Assembly (NCBI GenBank): GCA_963674865.2
Contig: CAXXYE010000003.1
Span: 224,001 to 288,000, forward strand
Reading direction: 5' to 3'
DNA length: 64,000 nt
Origin: Candidatus Hydrogenedentota bacterium
Lineage (GTDB): Bacteria; Hydrogenedentota; Hydrogenedentia; Hydrogenedentales; SLHB01
The notes below the pieces were generated by a model that saw nothing but the letters and a program-made list of their open reading frames with translations, was not told where the DNA came from and did no database searches. Made by a program: the position numbers and the translations under genes. The stretch's first letter is position 1. Every line of letters begins with the position of its first letter. Of the stretch, positions 35,287 through 44,693 are shown piece by piece.

Positions 35287-36459
35287 ATGACGAACGGTAC
35301 GGCGACGCTTCCCGAGCGCGGCGGCGTCGGACACGACGCCGGGAGAGCGCCCAGAAGTCCTCTGGGTAGGGCCCGCGTCTTAGTGGTGGACGACGAAAAC
35401 GGCCCAAGACAAGCACTCAGGATGCTCCTTAAGGAGACCTACGATGTGCTTCTGGCCGAGGACGTGCCCAGCGCGCTGGAAGTCCTGGAACTCGAACCCA
35501 TCGATCTGGTCATTACCGACATCCGCATGCCCATGCAGTCAGGCGTGGACCTTCTACGCCACGTAAAAGAGACGCATCCGGATACGGAAGTGATCATTCT
35601 GACGGGCTACGGGCACCTGGAGACGGCAACGCAGGCCGTCGAGTATGACGCCTTCGCCTATATGGAGAAACCCTTCGACAATGACTCGATGCTGAGGCGC
35701 GTCGAGGGCGCTCTGTCCAAGCGGAGCCGGGAGATGGAGCGTCAGGCGCTCGAACAGCTTGCCCTCGAGGCAAACCGGTTCGAGACCTTGGGCCACGTCG
35801 TTTCCGGCATGATCCACGACTTGGGGACGCCGCTTTCGGTGATCGGCAGTCAGATCGAGATGATTGTAAGGTCTCCGGAGACGGCGGATGGCCGCCTCGA
35901 AACGATGCGGACCCAGGTGCATCATTGCACGGAGATCGTCCGCTCGACCATGAATTTCCTTCGCACACAACCTAAGCATATGGGAGAAGTGGACTTGAAC
36001 CAGGCTGTGCAGGCAAGCCTGGACATGGTAGCGCCCTTGCTTCGGCAGCAAAGAGTGGACGTCAGGTTGGACCTGTCGGAAGACCTGGCCCGCTGCCGCG
36101 GCGACTTCGTGCTCATAAGGCAGGCGCTGCTCAACCTCGTGACAAACGCCTGCCACGCCATGGAGGAGCAGGACCAACCGGCCGTCATACAGGTTCGCAC
36201 GCGCCAGGACGGCGCCAAAGGCTACGTGTCGGTGACGGACACGGGATGCGGGATTCCCCGCGAGGTGCGGGACCAGGTCTTCGACACCTTCTATACAACC
36301 AAGGATTCAAAAGGAACGGGTTTGGGCCTGGCGGTCGTGAAATATGTCATGCGCCGCCACGGCGGCGACGTCGTCGTTGACGACAATCCCGAGGGGCGCG
36401 GCACGCGTTTCGAGCTTGTCTTCCCCTTGATCGCCGGCACACCCGAAGAAGAAACGTAG
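35287..36459 (+). CDS. Hybrid response regulator-histidine kinase (REC-HisKA-HATPase)
   Basis: Motifs VLVVDDE, DIRMP, H-box IHDLGTPL, NLVTNA, DTGCG and GTGLGL. Confidence 0.93.
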   Translation: MTNGTATLPERGGVGHDAGRAPRSPLGRARVLVVDDENGPRQALRMLLKETYDVLLAEDVPSALEVLELEPIDLVITDIRMPMQSGVDLLRHVKETHPDTEVIILTGYGHLETATQAVEYDAFAYMEKPFDNDSMLRRVEGALSKRSREMERQALEQLALEANRFETLGHVVSGMIHDLGTPLSVIGSQIEMIVRSPETADGRLETMRTQVHHCTEIVRSTMNFLRTQPKHMGEVDLNQAVQASLDMVAPLLRQQRVDVRLDLSEDLARCRGDFVLIRQALLNLVTNACHAMEEQDQPAVIQVRTRQDGAKGYVSVTDTGCGIPREVRDQVFDTFYTTKDSKGTGLGLAVVKYVMRRHGGDVVVDDNPEGRGTRFELVFPLIAGTPEEET

Positions 36460-36615
36460 GGAAGGACGTGCGCAAGAGGGCATCGATGGCCGGTCCACGC
36501 GTGAAACGGCGTTGACCGGCCATCAGCCTTTCCAGTTCTTGCATTGAGCGCCCGGAAGGGAGCACCCCGCAGGCCATTGCCTTTGAGCTATTCGGGCTGA
36601 ACGAAGTTCGTGCGC

Positions 36616-37602
36616 TCACGATCCGTCAGCAGTATCACCCGCTAGGCTCTGAAGTTCCCGCCAGAGAACAGCGTCTGCCTCGATGCCTTCTGCAAGGCCC
36701 GCCTGCCGCCGATTTTCGGATCGTTCCCCTGGGCACTGGGCGTCTGCAGCGTGCACGGCCTCGACAAGCGCCGCCATCGACTCATGCACGCGGGCCGCTG
36801 GGGCAAAGGCATCGCTCCGAAAACCCACCAGCAGAAAGCCGTAGTCGACATAATCGGCCGGTACGGGCGCGCCGCCGCACAGGACCCCGGCCAAGACCTG
36901 TACAAGAAAGGCCAAGGCGCTGCCTTTCGGGCCGCCAACGGCGAGGATAGCCCCCTCCTGGGCCGCCTCGGGAGCAGTGGTGGGAAGTCCGGCCGCGTCA
37001 ATGGCCACGCCCTCGGGCAGGGGCAGGCCCGATTGCTGGGCGTTCATGACGGCTCCGTAGGTGATCGCCCCCGGGGAAAGGTCGGCGACGAGAGGATGAT
37101 CCGGGCCGGGACACGCAAGGGCAATGGGATTGGTGCCGAACACGGCGCGAGTCGCGCCATGAGGCGCCAATAGCGGACAGCAGTTGGCCAAAGCCAGGGC
37201 GAAGTGGCCTTTCATCGTGACGAGCCGGGCGTAGTAGCCGAGGGCGCCGCAGTGCCGGGTATTCCGGCAGCCCACGGCGACGAGCGGGAGCCGGCCCAGA
37301 CGCTCGATGACCTCCTGGGCAGCCCGGTATGCGGCGAGGTAGCCGAGGGCGTCGCCGCCGTCCAGCGCGACAAGGTGGCCGGCATCGCGGCTCACATGGA
37401 TGTTTGCCGAACCGCGCCCCGCGGCCTGCTTGACGAGACTTGGGATTCGGATGAGCCCGTGGCCCTTGCGTCCCGTCAGCTCCGCGTCGATCAGCGCGTC
37501 GCGCAGGATCGCCGCATCCTCGGGGGGCAGGCCCGCCCGCTCGAACACGGCCGCAACCGTGGCTCGGGCCTTATCCACCGCGATGAGCATAGGTTCAGCC
37601 AC
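36616..37602 (-). CDS. Ldh_2 family (type 2 malate/L-lactate, sulfolactate-like) oxidoreductase
   Basis: Motifs GHGLIRI, HCGALGYY, FGTNPIA, KGSAL and PGE. Confidence 0.88.
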   Translation of the reverse strand: MAEPMLIAVDKARATVAAVFERAGLPPEDAAILRDALIDAELTGRKGHGLIRIPSLVKQAAGRGSANIHVSRDAGHLVALDGGDALGYLAAYRAAQEVIERLGRLPLVAVGCRNTRHCGALGYYARLVTMKGHFALALANCCPLLAPHGATRAVFGTNPIALACPGPDHPLVADLSPGAITYGAVMNAQQSGLPLPEGVAIDAAGLPTTAPEAAQEGAILAVGGPKGSALAFLVQVLAGVLCGGAPVPADYVDYGFLLVGFRSDAFAPAARVHESMAALVEAVHAADAQCPGERSENRRQAGLAEGIEADAVLWRELQSLAGDTADGS

Positions 37603-37755
37603 GTTCACCTCCAAAGAGGGCAGGGGATAGCGCTACGGTCTTCTCTGGAATCATCCAACACCATACTGGCCGGAAGTATACGAGCCGCCCCGGGGCGGGT
37701 CCAGTGTCGCATCCTGTCTGGTATACTTTCTTAAGAGAAAGCCGACGCGGAGCCT

Positions 37756-38139
37756 ATGCTTGCGATGATTACGTATCGGTGCGATGGATGCGGTCGCGAG
37801 ATGGCCAAGGACGCGCTACGCTACACGGTCAAGATCGATGTCCGTGCGGCGTACGATGAACTCGAGATCCACCTGGCCGACCTGATCCGGAACCACAGGG
37901 CGGAGATCCTCGCACTGATCGAGCGGCTTAAGGACAAGGACCCTCGCGAGGTCGAAGAAAGCGTCTACGCCTGCCTCAAGCTTGATTTGTGCCCTTCATG
38001 CCAGCGGACCTTCATCCGCGACCCGCTTCATTTCCACCCCGAGCAAGGCGCGCCCGCGCCGGAAATGGACATTGATGACTTCCTCCGCTCCCTTGACCTG
38101 GGCAACGAGCGCGGGGAGCGCGGAGAGCGGGAACGCTAG
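37756..38139 (+). CDS. Small hypothetical protein with two CxxC motifs
   Basis: YRCDGCG near the N-terminus and DLCPSC near the C-terminus. Confidence 0.75.
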   Translation: MLAMITYRCDGCGREMAKDALRYTVKIDVRAAYDELEIHLADLIRNHRAEILALIERLKDKDPREVEESVYACLKLDLCPSCQRTFIRDPLHFHPEQGAPAPEMDIDDFLRSLDLGNERGERGERER

Positions 38140-38150
38140 AGGCGCACACC

Positions 38151-39431
38151 TCAGTCGCGTGCGTCATGGGCCTGCAGGAGTTCCGCCGCGCAGGCGACGA
38201 GCATGTCGCCGGCTTCGTGGGCAAAGCAACTGGACCAGCAGAACGTCGTCTCGTACCCGCCTCGGGCGAAGGCCTCCTTGTGGGGGATGTAGCCCAGGTG
38301 CCCATTGGCGTAGCCGACGACGAGGCCATGACGCGGATGGGCCGCCTCCTTGATCCGCAAGCCAAGCTGCACGAAGAGTTCCGCGGGTTGGCTGACAAAG
38401 GCGTACTCATCCATGAACAGCACCTGCACTTCCGTGGGGTGGGCGCTCTCTTTCTTGATATGCTCTACAAGGGAGGGAATATGGCGGTCGTAGATGTCCG
38501 GATTGACGAATCGCTGGGCGCCCCGTGTCGTGCCCTGAATTTCGTCCTGCGTGACCTCGCGATAAGGCAACATGATGGTTCTGGATGCCGCTCCGAGGCG
38601 CAGCGAGTCGCGGAAGGTCATGCCATCTATAACCCCAAGGGCGTCTTCGGCGATTTTGCCCCCCGCATCCTCCATTGACGCGTCCCTTCCGCGACAGGCG
38701 GGGTTAGCGGTGTGCAGGTTCCCGCAAGAGCCCGTCAAGTAGAGTGAGACGGGGCAGCTGCGCTCCTTCAGTGTGCGGGCGACCACGCCCGGGAAGCCGG
38801 CGGAGAAGACGGGCTCGGGGCCGTGATGCGTGGGATGGCACGCGAAGTTCACGATGGCGCCCAGAAGCTCGCCCTTCTTGTTGCGCGCCGCCACAACTGC
38901 CACTTCGGGATCGACTGGGCCCTCGATGTACAGGGCTTCGGGATCATTGAAGTTGCCGTGAGTGCGAACCGTGCCGTCCCGCATTACCACCCGGCGGTTG
39001 TGGGAAACGTTAAACTCGAAACAGCTTCCAAATCCTATCTCCGCATCCTCAAGGTTGTCCCTGGCCTCTGCGAAGGCTTGCACGATCTCATCGATAAGCT
39101 TCTCAACATAGGGCTCATCCCGGCGGGCGTCGCCGCACGTCGCCACGGCAGGGCCGGCGTGGTTGTGCGTGGCGGCCACCATGACGTGATCGCCGGGGAA
39201 TCCGAACCGGCTGGTGAGTTCCTCCCGAATAGTCCGCACATCCTCCGCCTTAATCAGGAGGGTGTCGAGCTGGATAAAGGCAACGGCTTCGTCGCCGCCT
39301 TCGAAGATCGCAACGTGGGCATACAGCGGATCGAGGACCTCGTGGCCGATAATCTCCTTGATCCATCCGACCTTCACGGTTCCCGGGGGTGGAGTGATGT
39401 CAATTTCCGCAAAGCCGGCGCGGGTGCTCAT
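38151..39431 (-). CDS. Neutral/alkaline ceramidase-like amidohydrolase
   Basis: Motifs DPLYA, ATHNHAGP, NFACHP, ELFV, GYAN and GGYE. Confidence 0.8.
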   Translation of the reverse strand: MSTRAGFAEIDITPPPGTVKVGWIKEIIGHEVLDPLYAHVAIFEGGDEAVAFIQLDTLLIKAEDVRTIREELTSRFGFPGDHVMVAATHNHAGPAVATCGDARRDEPYVEKLIDEIVQAFAEARDNLEDAEIGFGSCFEFNVSHNRRVVMRDGTVRTHGNFNDPEALYIEGPVDPEVAVVAARNKKGELLGAIVNFACHPTHHGPEPVFSAGFPGVVARTLKERSCPVSLYLTGSCGNLHTANPACRGRDASMEDAGGKIAEDALGVIDGMTFRDSLRLGAASRTIMLPYREVTQDEIQGTTRGAQRFVNPDIYDRHIPSLVEHIKKESAHPTEVQVLFMDEYAFVSQPAELFVQLGLRIKEAAHPRHGLVVGYANGHLGYIPHKEAFARGGYETTFCWSSCFAHEAGDMLVACAAELLQAHDARD

Positions 39432-39495
39432 GTTCTTCCTCCTAGAGCGTGGCCAAGTGCGGCCATCCTGTCATCCAAATGCCATTGTGGTGTCA

Positions 39496-41082
39496 TCAAC
39501 TGGGATAGACGGGCTTCCAGGGATCGGACGGCCAGTCGATCCGATACTGGGAGCGCGGCATAACGGGCGGCAATTCCGCGGGCAAGAACCGGCGCTGGCC
39601 TCGCCAAATCGCCAGAAGCTCATCCTTCATGTCGTTCAATTCTCTGGAGCAATCGGGAATGCCCGCAAGGTCTTCGAGTTCCCACGGGTCGGCCTCAACG
39701 TCGAACAGGTGGTATTCGAGGTCCGGCCATTGGCCGTACGGCGCTGTGCCGAACAACTTGAAAGCGCCGCGCCGGAGCATAAGGTGTGAGGCGGGGGCAG
39801 CGAAGTATTCGCTGTAGATCGCCCGCTCCGTCCAACGTCCCTTGTCTTCAAGCAGCGGGCGCAGGTCGCGGCCTGGAAGATTACTCGGCACGGCGGCCCC
39901 CGCGGCGCGCAGGATGGTGGGGGCCAGATCCGCGTGCATGACCAATGACGCTTCCTGCCGTGCACGGCCTACGCCGGGCCAGCGCACCAAGAACGGCACG
40001 CGCGCGGCGCCTTCATACATCACCCCTTTGTAGAACCGGCCGTGCTCGCCGATCATATCGCCGTGGTCCGACACGAAGATGACGATTGTATTGTCGGCCT
40101 CGCCGAGCGCCTCCAGCCCATCGAGAAGCCGGCCCACCTCGGCGTCGAGTTGCGTGCAAAACGCAAAGTAGTGCGCGCGCATGTATTGGCCGTCGCGCTC
40201 AGTCAACGGCTCCCGTCCGTTCTTGCCCGGCCGCCACCACGCATTGAGCTTCGTCTGGTCGAAATTCGGCGGCAGGCCCATGTCGGCGGGATCGTAGAGC
40301 CGCGCATACTTCGGAATGGGGCCGTAGGGATGGTGGGGCGGAAAGTAAGAGGCATGAAGGAAGAACGGCGTGTCCGGCCTGCGTGCCTTCTGATCGCGTA
40401 TGAAGCGGAGTGACTCCTCCGTGATCCACCGTTCCGCCGTCAAGTCTTCCGGTATCCAATCGGCGTTGAACGCGATGGTCTCCACGGCGTCCACCCAACT
40501 TTTCTTACCGGGGCGGGGGTGACTCCAGGACTTCGGCGCAATACCGCGCTCTGCGAGGTGTCGGCAAAGGAAAGGATAGTAGTGGCTTATGCCGCCGGCC
40601 GTATCGTAGAACTCGTGGTGCATCACGTACTGAAAGTCCCGGCGGTGATGATAGGGCGCGTTGTGCATCTTGCCGATGCTCGCCGTGGTGTAGCCGGCCT
40701 CATTGAGCAAGGCAATTACCGTGGGCACGTCGTCCCGCATGGGAAAATCATTGTGGAGGACTCCATGCTCGGACGGGTAGAGTCCCGTGTACAGCGTGTG
40801 GCGCGTCGGGGCGCACACGGGACTGTTGCAGTAGCCGTTCGTGAACCGCACGCTCGAAGCGGCCAGCCGATCCAGATTCGGTGTGAGCGCGGGCGTTTCG
40901 CCGGTGCACCCCAAGGCACGGGGGCTGTGCTGATCATCGATGATCAACAGGATGTTGGGACGCCTTGTGCGCGCGCCTTGCCGGAGTCCCGCACAACCTA
41001 GCGCGGCTGCCGCGCCGCCCGCGGCCACCGAGCGGGCGAAGCCGCGTCTGGAGATCTTCCGCTCCGGGAACCTAGCGCTCAT
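39496..41082 (-). CDS. Cys-type sulfatase with Tat signal
   Basis: SRRGF signal, CAPTR formylglycine motif, GKMH, PHHP and SDHG. Confidence 0.92.
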   Translation of the reverse strand: MSARFPERKISRRGFARSVAAGGAAAALGCAGLRQGARTRRPNILLIIDDQHSPRALGCTGETPALTPNLDRLAASSVRFTNGYCNSPVCAPTRHTLYTGLYPSEHGVLHNDFPMRDDVPTVIALLNEAGYTTASIGKMHNAPYHHRRDFQYVMHHEFYDTAGGISHYYPFLCRHLAERGIAPKSWSHPRPGKKSWVDAVETIAFNADWIPEDLTAERWITEESLRFIRDQKARRPDTPFFLHASYFPPHHPYGPIPKYARLYDPADMGLPPNFDQTKLNAWWRPGKNGREPLTERDGQYMRAHYFAFCTQLDAEVGRLLDGLEALGEADNTIVIFVSDHGDMIGEHGRFYKGVMYEGAARVPFLVRWPGVGRARQEASLVMHADLAPTILRAAGAAVPSNLPGRDLRPLLEDKGRWTERAIYSEYFAAPASHLMLRRGAFKLFGTAPYGQWPDLEYHLFDVEADPWELEDLAGIPDCSRELNDMKDELLAIWRGQRRFLPAELPPVMPRSQYRIDWPSDPWKPVYPS

Positions 41083-41189
41083 GAGGCATCCCTCCAGTGA
41101 CGACGCCACCTATCCCGCCGGCGGGCATCGGCATCTTCTGCCACAGGCTTGTGCCATTCCCGCAGGGGATATTGGCCAACATCCGCAGT

Positions 41190-42449
41190 CTATGCCAGTT
41201 GATCAAGATTCTCCATCACCTTGCGGATGGCTTGGGCGATCTTCTCCGCCACCTCCGTGCCGTTGGGCGGCCTGATGGGGGCCACAAGGCACGTGTGCGT
41301 ATCGCAATGGCGGCGCGCCACGGGATATTGCGCGAGGCTATAGTCGACAGGATTGGCGCCGGGGAAAGTCCAGGGATGGCCGCCTCCGTAGGCGTTCTTG
41401 GCCTGAAACACCGTCATCCCCGGCAAGACAAACCGCTGCCAAGCGCCGTTCGGTACGCCCTCGGCGTTGATCGCGCCGACGATCGCGTCGCGTGAGGCCG
41501 CCGCGTTATCCGCGTGGCCCAAGGCCGCTGCATCGAAGCGTATGGTGTGGTTGTACCAGTTGTGCTTGTGGCCGGCCGGCTCGACGGGCAGGATGAGGCC
41601 GGGAATGCCTTGAAGGCGGTCGTTCAGGATGGCCGCGTTCTCTTCGATGCGCTCGAGATAGCCATCGAGTTTGGCAAGCTGGGCGCGCCCGAAAGCGGCC
41701 ACGAGATCGTTGCCGTTGTATTTCCATCCCATGGCGTAGGCATGGTACGCGGGGTCCTGGGCCGGGGCGCGCGTATCGGAGAAGGCCATAATCCACTTGG
41801 CCTTTTCGACGAGTTGCTCGTCATCGGACACGAAGAAGCCGCCCTCGCCTGAGCAGAGGAGCTTGTTCTGATTGCAGCTGAAGCCCGCGCAATGGCCCCA
41901 TGTTCCTGCCCTGCGGCCCTTGTAGGTGGCGCCGTGCGCCTGGCAGCAGTCCTCGATCACCTTCAGGTTGTGTCGCCGCGCCACCTCCATGATTGCGTCC
42001 ATAGCGACACACAGGCCGTGCAGGTGGACGACGAGAATGGCCTTTGTCTCAGGCGTAACGGCTGCCTCGATCTTGTTCACGTCCACGTTCATGGTGTCGA
42101 AGTCGATGTCCACGAACACGGGAATGGCGTCGTTGTGGATGATGCACGTCGCGGAGGACGGCCACGACCATGCGGGAACGATTACCTCGTCGCCCGCGCC
42201 GCAATCGCATGCCGCGACGCACATGTGCAGCGCGGCCGTTCCGGCGTTGGTGGCCACCGCGAACTTGTTGCCGTTCCACGCTGCGAACTCCTGTTCGAAG
42301 GCCTTCAGGTTGTCGCCGAAGACATGTTGATGGCCGTCGAGTGAGGCGACCACCATGCGCCTGTCGGCGTCGTCAATGGGAGGCCAAGGTTGGATGACGC
42401 CTTCGGGGATGGTTCTTTCGCCGCCTTTGACGGCTAATCGTGTGTACAT
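41190..42449 (-). CDS. DegT/DnrJ/EryC1/StrS PLP aminotransferase
   Basis: Motifs GTAALH, VHLHG, IEDCCQAHG and SCNQNKLLCSGEGG. Confidence 0.92.
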   Translation of the reverse strand: MYTRLAVKGGERTIPEGVIQPWPPIDDADRRMVVASLDGHQHVFGDNLKAFEQEFAAWNGNKFAVATNAGTAALHMCVAACDCGAGDEVIVPAWSWPSSATCIIHNDAIPVFVDIDFDTMNVDVNKIEAAVTPETKAILVVHLHGLCVAMDAIMEVARRHNLKVIEDCCQAHGATYKGRRAGTWGHCAGFSCNQNKLLCSGEGGFFVSDDEQLVEKAKWIMAFSDTRAPAQDPAYHAYAMGWKYNGNDLVAAFGRAQLAKLDGYLERIEENAAILNDRLQGIPGLILPVEPAGHKHNWYNHTIRFDAAALGHADNAAASRDAIVGAINAEGVPNGAWQRFVLPGMTVFQAKNAYGGGHPWTFPGANPVDYSLAQYPVARRHCDTHTCLVAPIRPPNGTEVAEKIAQAIRKVMENLDQLA

Positions 42450-42509
42450 GGAATGCCTTTCGTGTTCTCGTTGACGCTGAGGGATGCGCTCGGCCGGAGA
42501 GTGTTAACT

Positions 42510-42571
42510 CCGGAAAAGGGGACATGTTCAAAGCGCCGTCTTCGGCGCGACGACGTGTCCCCTTCTTCCGG
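42510..42571. repeat. Compound inverted repeat in the DegT/AraC intergenic region
   Basis: AAGGGGACATG...CGTGTCCCCTT encloses GCGCCG-TCTT-CGGCGC. Confidence 0.6.
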
Positions 42572-42696
42572 GCTCTAAGCGCATATCCTATCCTATATGA
42601 TTGACCGTTCTGCGTTTCCCGGCTCGTTCATGTACCTTGATCTCACAATATGCTTGGAAGTATAGATGAAGATAGCTCAGGCTCCGGCAAGAAGAA

Positions 42697-43608
42697 ATGG
42701 CTGAAACGAGCAATTACATATCCGAAACTACCATCATTCCCCGAGACTCCGTTGAGCGCGTGCTGCCCCTTCAATCGCCGGGGGCGGCGCCGCTGCGTTC
42801 AGCGCAGGTCGTGGCGGCGGGATTGAGCGACCTTACGCCGGGCTACGAGATCGTCCGCGACAAGTCGGCGCTGCATGTTCTCGAATACACGTTGGCGGGC
42901 CGGGCGCGTTTCCGGGACTCCGCGGCGGATACCTCGCTCGAATCGGGCATATTGCTCCTTTGCCCCGCCGGGACGCGCTATCGGTACTGGGTCGAGAAAG
43001 GGCATTGGAAGTCCATGTGGTTCTGTCTGAGCAACCATGGGCCGTGGCGCACCTTGGCCGGACAGGCGCCGCAGGTGCGCCCGGCGGGCGTGCCAGACGA
43101 GCTAACGCGCGCCATGGAAGGCTTCCTTGCCGAGAGTCTGCGGCGGGAGCGAGGAGCGGACAGGCTGTCCCGGCTCTTCGCGGAGCAGATCGTCGCCTAC
43201 CTGGAGCGGGAACTCCTTGGCGCGCGTCTGTCTGCGCGGGAACGCTCGATGGCGCGCCACCTTGAAGCGCTGTGGGACGAGGTGAACCGAAGCCTCGATG
43301 GCGACTGGAATGTGGCCGCCCTGGCGGCGCGTCTGAATATGTCGCCCTCGAACTGCCATCGCGTTGTTCTACGCCACGCCGGGCGGAGTCCAAGTCAGAT
43401 GGTGCACGAACTGCGGATGCGACGGGCGCAGGAATGGCTGATCCGCCATGACCTCCCGATCAAGGCCGTCGCGGCGCAACTAGGCTACAGCACGCCCTTC
43501 GCCTTTTCCAAGGCGTTCAAGCGCTATGCCGGCGTGAGTCCGGCGCAGTATGGGAATCAGCATGGCTCCGAGCCGGAAGAGCGGCCGGCCCCGGATGGGG
43601 AGCCGTGA
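42697..43608 (+). CDS. AraC-family transcriptional regulator
   Basis: Cupin-like N-terminal domain and the AraC signature IKAVAAQLGYSTPFAFSKAFKRYAGVSP. Confidence 0.93.
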   Translation: MAETSNYISETTIIPRDSVERVLPLQSPGAAPLRSAQVVAAGLSDLTPGYEIVRDKSALHVLEYTLAGRARFRDSAADTSLESGILLLCPAGTRYRYWVEKGHWKSMWFCLSNHGPWRTLAGQAPQVRPAGVPDELTRAMEGFLAESLRRERGADRLSRLFAEQIVAYLERELLGARLSARERSMARHLEALWDEVNRSLDGDWNVAALAARLNMSPSNCHRVVLRHAGRSPSQMVHELRMRRAQEWLIRHDLPIKAVAAQLGYSTPFAFSKAFKRYAGVSPAQYGNQHGSEPEERPAPDGEP

Positions 43609-43663
43609 AGGGAGGATGCCCCGCCATGTCAGAAGGTAAGTTATCTTGCGGCGATTCTGACGC

Positions 43664-43864
43664 CTAGAAGCTATCCCGAAACCCTTTCGGACTGGCGCCG
43701 CGAGACAAGGGCACGTGAGAAGCAACCATTTCCGTCTTTTTCGCGCAAACGGGAATCCAGTGTTTTCGGGCTGTTTCGGCAATGTGTTTCTGGATGCCCG
43801 CGTTTCGCGGGCATGACGTCGCGCGCAGAGGCGAAGCCTAATCCGGTTCTGGGATAGCTTCTAG
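43664..43864. mobile_element. Putative MITE with internal REP-like palindrome pair
   Basis: CTAG-AAGCTATCCCGAAACC ... GGTTCTGGGATAGCTT-CTAG gives terminal inverted repeats flanked by CTAG. No credible ORF. Confidence 0.65.
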
Positions 43865-44026
43865 GGACTGGGCCTTTGTCGGGAAACAAGGGGAAACGGT
43901 ACTTTCTTGGTTTTCTTCGCCCTCACATGACGCAGAAGTCAGAGCGGACGCTTGTCTTCCTCGTGATCATCGCGTAGCTCAGGCACGTCATGTTCAATCC
44001 AGGGGCAGTGAAGTTAATTCCTAGCC

Positions 44027-44684
44027 TAACGTTGGGAGACCCCCCGGCTATGCCGGGGAGGCAGCCGAAGTTTGACAGTTCCAGGAGTCCATCGACGAGA
44101 CTCCTAGGCGTGAGCCGCTCAAGCACACGCAGAGGAGTTCATCGATGGACGATTACCAGAGTCTAAGTCACACGAAATGGGAGTGCAAATACCATGTGGT
44201 ATTCATCCCGAAATGCCGGCGGAAGACGCTGTACAGGGCGCTACGGGAGCACCTGGGTGAGGTGTTTCGGGAACTTGCGTTGAGAAAGGAGAGCCGGGTT
44301 GAGGAAGGGCACCTGATGCCTGACCATGTGCACATGATGCTGACGATTCCCCCGAAATACGCGGTATCGCAGGTGGTGGGCTACCTCAAAGGGAAGAGCG
44401 CGATTCACATTGCTCGGGTCTATAGTGAGCGCAAGCGCAACTTCGTGGGGCAGCACTTCTGGGCACGCGGCTACTTCGTTTCTACCTTGGGCCGAGACGA
44501 GGAGGTGATACGGGACTACATCAGGCGGCAGGAGCAGGAAGACCGCCGCCTGGACCAGATGGATATGCTACGCTGACAGCCACCCGATAAGGGTGGCCCC
44601 AACGCGCGAGCGCGCTAGCGCCCAGCGCAGCCGCTTTGAGCGGCTCACACGGTAAAGCCCCCGGCTCTGCCGGGGGATACTTAC
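44027..44684 (+). mobile_element. IS200/IS605-family element (tnpA only)
   Basis: Near-identical subterminal hairpins CCCCGGC-TAT-GCCGGGG (44042-44058) and CCCCCGGC-TCT-GCCGGGGG (44658-44676) flank tnpA. The exact ends are approximate. Confidence 0.88.
44145..44576 (+). CDS. tnpA: IS200-type Y1 HUH transposase
   Basis: Motifs YHVVFIPK, HUH motif DHVH, KGKS, FWARGYF and catalytic YIRRQ. Confidence 0.96.
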   Translation: MDDYQSLSHTKWECKYHVVFIPKCRRKTLYRALREHLGEVFRELALRKESRVEEGHLMPDHVHMMLTIPPKYAVSQVVGYLKGKSAIHIARVYSERKRNFVGQHFWARGYFVSTLGRDEEVIRDYIRRQEQEDRRLDQMDMLR

Positions 44685-44693
44685 TCTGTCCCT

